IMG/VR virus record: IMGVR_UViG_3300028920_000035
Span: 83,623 to 147,622 of that record
DNA length: 64,000 nucleotides
Source: a virus
Direction: 5' to 3' (one strand)
Shown here: in pieces, positions 59,201-64,000 of the stretch
How the letters are laid out: every line of letters starts with the position of its first letter
Numbering within the stretch: position 1 is the first letter of the stretch
Made by a program: the position numbers and the translations under genes
The notes under the pieces: model-generated
Told to the model about the DNA's origin: nothing
The model's database searches: none
The model's input: the letters and a program-made list of their open reading frames with translations, nothing else

Positions 59201-59551
59201 TCAAACGCCGTCGTGACCATCGTCGAGAAGTTGAAAGGCATTGGGCCGGTCCAGGATACGACTCAGGGCCCGCCCGAGCGCTACAGGCAAAGTCACACAC
59301 TCGCGGCACCCTGTACCCTTGCAAGCGGGGTCTTCCCAGTTGCAACCGTAGGGGTCCTCCCCTTCCCCGTGGTAATGCCACCCCAACCTGAGCAGCCAGT
59401 GACCGGGGTGTTGGGGATCCGTGCGCGGGTCCCCAACACCGCCTCGTAACTGGGTCTGAAGGGTCTGAAGGGTCTGAAGGGCTTCTTGCAATCTGGTGGT
59501 CACAATATCGAGCCTTGCATCGAGGTTAGCACTTCGCTCACCATACCCCAA
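59201..59551 (-). CDS. Hypothetical protein ending PNAFQLLDD (start uncertain)
   Basis: C-terminal part of the tracked 59201..59890 ORF; 9-bp x3 repeat (LQT). Confidence 0.4.
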   Translation of the reverse strand: MGYGERSANLDARLDIVTTRLQEALQTLQTLQTQLRGGVGDPRTDPQHPGHWLLRLGWHYHGEGEDPYGCNWEDPACKGTGCRECVTLPVALGRALSRILDRPNAFQLLDDGHDGV

Positions 59552-59594
59552 TCGAGGATCTTTCGATGAGCCTACCCTCCGGTAGAGGAGAATC

Positions 59595-59759
59595 GTGCAG
59601 CTAGACCTTAGCCAACTGGGATCAAAAGAACTGAAGGACCTCTCACTGAAGGTAAAAACCGAGCGGGAACGACGGGGCAGGAAGAACCCCTTGAACCACC
59701 CCCCGCCCCAGTGGTCCATCCCCAAGAAAGCGGTCATAGGTGATCGACAGCAGCCATGA
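59595..59759 (+). CDS. Small protein (54 aa, absent from the ORF track)
   Basis: GAGGAG SD, GTG start, ATGA overlap with the next gene; VQLDLSQLGSKELKDL...ERERR. Confidence 0.55.
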   Translation: MQLDLSQLGSKELKDLSLKVKTERERRGRKNPLNHPPPQWSIPKKAVIGDRQQP

Positions 59760-60187
59760 TACTCGCCGCCAAGGCCGAAAGCGTTACTGACGCCTTCTCC
59801 TACCTCATTGGGCAGGGGGTCTTGGGTGTCATCTGTGTTTTGCTGATCATCGGCCTGGTCTATCTCTACAAGGACTGGAAAACGGCCCACGAGAAGCTGG
59901 CCAAGGCCGAGACTCAGGCCAAAGCTGACCGTGCAGAGGACCAGCGGCGGATGGCAGAGATCCTGAGCAACATCACGTTGTCATCGAGCGAGCTGGCACG
60001 TGAATCAACTCGTAGCAACGACTCGGTGAAGGCGGCACTGGACACACAGTCGTCGGCATTCGACCGTCAGGAGAGAGCGTTCGTTGAGCAAGCACGTACC
60101 CTTGACGGGATGAAGCGTTCGCTCGACGATCTGGAACGCGAGCAGGTACACCTGACGGCCATCGTCAAAGCGAACGGCAAGAACTGA
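59756..60187 (+). CDS. Holin-like TM plus coiled-coil protein
   Basis: QGVLGVICVLLIIGLVYLYK TM followed by heptads. Confidence 0.6.
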   Translation: MILAAKAESVTDAFSYLIGQGVLGVICVLLIIGLVYLYKDWKTAHEKLAKAETQAKADRAEDQRRMAEILSNITLSSSELARESTRSNDSVKAALDTQSSAFDRQERAFVEQARTLDGMKRSLDDLEREQVHLTAIVKANGKN

Positions 60188-60420
60188 TGCTGAGGGATTT
60201 ACTGAGGTGGATCATGGCAGTTTGGAACCGCATGTTCGGGAGGTCCATACCCATCGTTGAAGCGCCCTCCAAGACCGAGATGGACCATGCCAAACTCGCG
60301 TTCGAGCGCGAGATGAAGGCCGCTCTCGGGGCTGATCAAGAGCTAAAAGCGGCGGCCGACCGCTTGCGGGAGAATCGGGAACGGAGGCAGGAAGCCCTCC
60401 GCAAGTTGGAGGAGACATGA
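60187..60420 (+). CDS. Small amphipathic/coiled-coil protein
   Basis: TGATG coupling. Confidence 0.6.
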   Translation: MLRDLLRWIMAVWNRMFGRSIPIVEAPSKTEMDHAKLAFEREMKAALGADQELKAAADRLRENRERRQEALRKLEET

Positions 60421-61058
60421 GCAAGTTCAAGGAGCCCCAGTTGTCCACGAAGGAGATCGCAGCGGCCCGCGCTGAAGTCAAAGCTGCGGTGGGAGGCTTG
60501 AATAAGCCCCCCAAGCCGGAGCCTCAGGACCCCGTAAATTCCGCCGAGGCAATGAGGGAGGGAGCTGAAGCCTTTCTCCAGTCGCTCGACAGCATCGACA
60601 TGACACTCTTAGTGTTGATCAGCCGATTCCGCCGGTCGAGCCACATCCAGCTCGTGGTTGGCTCCCTGATGGCGGTCTCACTCCTCACGCTCGTCTATGT
60701 CACCTTTGTGCTGGTCGACATGGCACATGGGGTCAACACTCTAGTCAAGGATCAGAAGCAGGCCACGACCAAACTCGCTGAAACACGGACCAAGGTCGAG
60801 GAAACGCTATCCAAACTCGCCACCACCCAGAAAGAAGTCAAAGAAACCAAGGAGAGGGTCGAGCAGGTAGCTGAAGCGACTCCCAAGGTCGAAATCGACG
60901 AGGAAACGGGTAAGGCCAGCGTCGTTGTTCCCTTCAGCAAGAGCACTTCTGACCAGGGCCCGCCGCCGGTCCCCGCGCCAGCATCTGCACCCGCTCCGGC
61001 ACCACCGCCGCGTGGGGTTCGGGTCCCGTTGGGTATTGACGCGGCCGAAGCGCTCTGA
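60417..61058 (+). CDS. Single-pass membrane coiled-coil protein (spanin-like)
   Basis: Central TM, coiled coil, Pro-rich tail; GGAGG SD. Confidence 0.6.
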   Translation: MSKFKEPQLSTKEIAAARAEVKAAVGGLNKPPKPEPQDPVNSAEAMREGAEAFLQSLDSIDMTLLVLISRFRRSSHIQLVVGSLMAVSLLTLVYVTFVLVDMAHGVNTLVKDQKQATTKLAETRTKVEETLSKLATTQKEVKETKERVEQVAEATPKVEIDEETGKASVVVPFSKSTSDQGPPPVPAPASAPAPAPPPRGVRVPLGIDAAEAL

Positions 61059-61264
61059 AACCTGCGTGCTCACACGGCGTAGTCTTCCAAGGATGGGGTC
61101 CAGCGATTCGCGAGACCTCGATTGGCGTCCACCATGAACAGGTGCCCCGTTGCTGCCTCATACCAGAACTCCACATCGCTTGGGGCGCCCAACTTCACGA
61201 CGACCACATACTGGCCAGAGTAGAGACTCAGTTCGAGGTCAGTGATTCAGTCCCACCCCCGTCC

Positions 61265-61942
61265 TCAGGGGGTCGTCCTCAGCAGCTTGTCGAGGCGTTT
61301 GATCTCCTGCCGGATCGGCTCGACGTGCTTCAAAAGCTCGGGCTGGACCGAGCGGTTCAGAGCATCCCTCCAGTCAGGGTCCTTGTACGGCTTGCGCTTT
61401 TTCATGGCCGCCAGAGCTTTCTGCATGAGAGAGAAGTCGTCGACATCGTGAAGGTCCACGACCTTTTTGACGCCCCAGTGGTCCACCAGGCACCAGTCGA
61501 GCTGCTTACCCCGAAGGTGCCCCCACTCGCCGTTCTCGTCGCAGCGGTCGATGCGGTCAGAAAGGCGCGTGAGTACGGGCCACTCACCGTCGCTGTCGTA
61601 GGAGATGAACGACTTGGGCCTGACGAACCACAGCAACGTCGGCTTGGGCTCGGTGTACCGCTCATAGGTCAGCATCCGCTTGCGCTCGCCGATGCGCAAG
61701 GCGATCCACTTGCACGCGGTAAAGGCATAGAACCGTTCGGCCCCGCTGGCGTTGCCGTCGAATCCGACCTGGAGCTTCTGGTGCGCGTAGGTGGGGCCTG
61801 TCTTCGGGTTGCTGATGTAGCCGCTGCCGACCGTGCCCTTGGGGTACAGCTTGCCCACGGGGCGCCAGTGCTTCCTGAGCACCTTCATCAGGTGGCGGCG
61901 GTCTTGAGCAGACTTGCAAACGGTGGAGACTGAATACCCCAT
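61265..61942 (-). CDS. Hypothetical protein
   Basis: 225 aa, GGAG SD. Confidence 0.65.
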   Translation of the reverse strand: MGYSVSTVCKSAQDRRHLMKVLRKHWRPVGKLYPKGTVGSGYISNPKTGPTYAHQKLQVGFDGNASGAERFYAFTACKWIALRIGERKRMLTYERYTEPKPTLLWFVRPKSFISYDSDGEWPVLTRLSDRIDRCDENGEWGHLRGKQLDWCLVDHWGVKKVVDLHDVDDFSLMQKALAAMKKRKPYKDPDWRDALNRSVQPELLKHVEPIRQEIKRLDKLLRTTP

Positions 61943-61946
61943 GGCT

Positions 61947-62267
61947 CTACTCCAGCTCGTCTTCTTCGACTATCAGCTCGAAGGACGTTCGTGGTTGAGT
62001 TTCGCTCCGGCGTAGGAGCACGTTGACCAGAGCCTGCCGCGCCTGCTGGGGGGTGCAGTCACGGTCGGGAGACCACCGCTCAACGAGGATGAAGGTGGCC
62101 CCCCTCAGGTCTCCCCGGGCCACCCTGTCAAAGTTGCAGCGGGCGTACCCATGCTTCGAGCATAAGCCGTTCAAGCAGTTCCTACAGCCCTCTACGGGTG
62201 TACCTCCTTCAAAGCTATCGGGCGGGATGAGGCCCGTTGCCAGATGGGCAGAGAACTCCCTAGACAT
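61947..62267 (-). CDS. Small Cys-rich protein ending PRTSFELI-acidic
   Basis: CRNCLNGLCSKH; GAGG before ATG 62267. Confidence 0.55.
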   Translation of the reverse strand: MSREFSAHLATGLIPPDSFEGGTPVEGCRNCLNGLCSKHGYARCNFDRVARGDLRGATFILVERWSPDRDCTPQQARQALVNVLLRRSETQPRTSFELIVEEDELE

Positions 62268-62799
62268 CCTCGAACCCCGCGAAGAGGTCCTTGTCGGGGT
62301 CTGGGGCGTAGTCGTCGCCTTCGTCAAGACGGTTCCAGTACGTACGGAGGGGGTGGGCATTTTCTTCAGCTACGATCAGAGGGGGCATGACTAGGGTGCC
62401 TTCGCCAAGGACCAGGGCCGAAGCAAAATCATGGCGAATCGTTCGCAATTCCAGGCCACAGCCTTGGAGATTGGCAGTTTGCTCGGTCGCCAGCCAGGGC
62501 TTGTTGGCATTGGCTGATGGCACCTTGGAAATGAGCACTCGACGGGCGTGGGATCCATGGAGCGTGACGCGGGCCCCACGCTGAGCCCAGGGAGGCCACT
62601 GTCCGATCTTCTGAATCTCCCACCAGTTGACACACTCCTGCTGGAACGTGTGAAGGGGGACCGAATCGGTCTTGGTCTTTCCTGCATACCAGATGACCGC
62701 CTCGCCAGGGGTCAAGCTTATCAGCTCGAAACGCGAGAGTTTCTGATTTTCGCACTCAAAGCGGCCGAGATCGCCCTTGCGCCACTTGCCCTTCCTCAT
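62260..62799 (-). CDS. Hypothetical protein with RTYWNRL-acidic C-terminus
   Basis: GGAGG SD, ATGA coupling. Confidence 0.6.
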   Translation of the reverse strand: MRKGKWRKGDLGRFECENQKLSRFELISLTPGEAVIWYAGKTKTDSVPLHTFQQECVNWWEIQKIGQWPPWAQRGARVTLHGSHARRVLISKVPSANANKPWLATEQTANLQGCGLELRTIRHDFASALVLGEGTLVMPPLIVAEENAHPLRTYWNRLDEGDDYAPDPDKDLFAGFEDV

Positions 62800-63116
62800 G
62801 CCTCCCCCATGACCTGTCTGTTGCCGAAGATACTGTCCCAGCCCGTGCGGTAGGCATCGGACGTGATCTTAGCTGGGCCAGAACCCGATCGGCTGGAGTC
62901 CTCGTCGACGGTATACCGTCCATCGGAACGCTTTCGACACATGATCTCCCCCGGTTGAAGCGGACCGTCCACCGGTCGAATACCGCCGATCCCAGCCTCA
63001 ACTACATGGTCGGCCCGGTGCCTGCGATACAAGTGAAGTTTCCAGTTGCCATCGTTTCCCACGGAAGGACCCAGTTCCAGAAAGTCCCCTTCGTTGCACT
63101 TTTTCTGGTTTGCCAT
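62796..63116 (-). CDS. Hypothetical protein
   Basis: GPAKITSDAYRTGWDSIFG; CGGTGTA at 63139-63133. Confidence 0.65.
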   Translation of the reverse strand: MANQKKCNEGDFLELGPSVGNDGNWKLHLYRRHRADHVVEAGIGGIRPVDGPLQPGEIMCRKRSDGRYTVDEDSSRSGSGPAKITSDAYRTGWDSIFGNRQVMGEA

Positions 63117-63381
63117 GATCGTCGCACTACTCTACACCGCGAAGGTATGGACCACGACAACTACGTTCGCGTCGGAACCAATCCCCAGACGATGGAGCTT
63201 GTCTTCTTCAACAGCTGCGACATCCGCAGCGTTTCCCAACGAGTTCAGGATGCCTGCACGAAGGTCGGCAGCTTGGGTGCCACCCCTCACATCGCCATGT
63301 GGAAGCAGGTAGCGGGTCTGAACTACAGTATCATCGGCGAGACCAAGAATCAGCGGTGGTGATTGGTGTAAACTGGTCATC

Positions 63382-63747
63382 ATGGAGTCCACCATCCCCT
63401 TCCTACATCCACTGACCGCGATCTTGGCGTTGGTGGGCGTGGCTTTGGGGTACCTGGCGGGAGTTTTTCTTGGTGTTCGCTACGAACGGCAGCGGCTCGA
63501 CCCTACGCTTCCTACGGACGAGTTCGAGCGTCGCATGACCAGGCAGAAGACCATTCAGCTGCTGCTCGCTCACGGCCAGCTGTACATCAACCACGAGGCG
63601 GTCCACACTCTGGAGGGACTGGACGAGCTGGAGCAAGGAGAGATCTTCCGCTTTCTCCAAGATTCTTCCAACGAGCCCGACCCCAACCTCCAAGCATGGG
63701 CAAAGACCCTTCATCGTAAATTCAGCAACCAACGGATGCTTCATTGA
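63382..63747 (+). CDS. Membrane-anchored hypothetical protein
   Basis: N-terminal TM; TGGTG-TAAACT-7 nt-ATG. Confidence 0.6.
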   Translation: MESTIPFLHPLTAILALVGVALGYLAGVFLGVRYERQRLDPTLPTDEFERRMTRQKTIQLLLAHGQLYINHEAVHTLEGLDELEQGEIFRFLQDSSNEPDPNLQAWAKTLHRKFSNQRMLH

Positions 63748-63947
63748 TGGCCCCGAAGATTCCCGGGATTCAGGCCGAACTGCTGTCCACGAAGAACGCC
63801 ATCCTCATCGAGGATGCAGTGGCAGACCCCTACTGGGGGCAGGGGCCCAGCAAAGTAGGTGAGAACAAACTGGGTCGGCAGCTGATGTGCATCAGGGCGG
63901 CTCTTCAAACGGGTCGAGGTCGTCCCGTAGACGATCCCATGCCGTAA
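63747..63947 (+). pseudogene. C-terminal half of a NADAR (YbiA-like) domain
   Basis: ELLSTKNAILIED..DPYWGQG...GENKLGRQLMCIR; N-terminal half not found. Confidence 0.6.
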
Positions 63948-64000
63948 GGGTGATGGTCAGCGGGGGTGAGTGCTCTGAAGTCTGTGAACGTATACGATGT

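Overview
This is a 64-kb slice of a large, GC-rich tailed (jumbo-like) bacteriophage genome. A Myxococcota-type host is a weak inference from a Polyangiales-like DNA-binding repeat and a monofunctional transglycosylase. Left to right it holds: the 3' part of a large virion protein and a membrane/lysis-like trio; a replication operon (SNF2 helicase, loader-like protein, DnaB-type helicase, stand-alone primase Zn finger, family-A DNA polymerase) carrying four LAGLIDADG inteins; a DUF2997-DUF1257-Ycf46-like AAA+ trio; a GT51 transglycosylase; ClpX; sce7726-like and DUF1848 proteins; a histone-H1-like protein; a DEDDh exonuclease; a topoisomerase IB/double-metallopeptidase polyprotein; an HNH protein; two DNA methyltransferases; RNase HII; three putative cell-wall enzymes (one with a mini-intein); a 2H phosphoesterase; and many orphans. 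The most striking unexplained signal is a pair of recurrent peptide tags on unrelated proteins. One is an N-terminal or inter-domain RVAARY/KTA motif, a candidate virion-packaging and processing tag. The other is a C-terminal P-[TSN]-x-[FW]-[ED]-R-L-acidic motif. Each tag tends to co-occur with one of two promoter-like DNA motifs (CGGTGTA and YTRT) whose spacing suggests leaderless mRNAs. I recognised no tRNA, rRNA or CRISPR array. All family calls come from motif recognition by eye; no database search was run.
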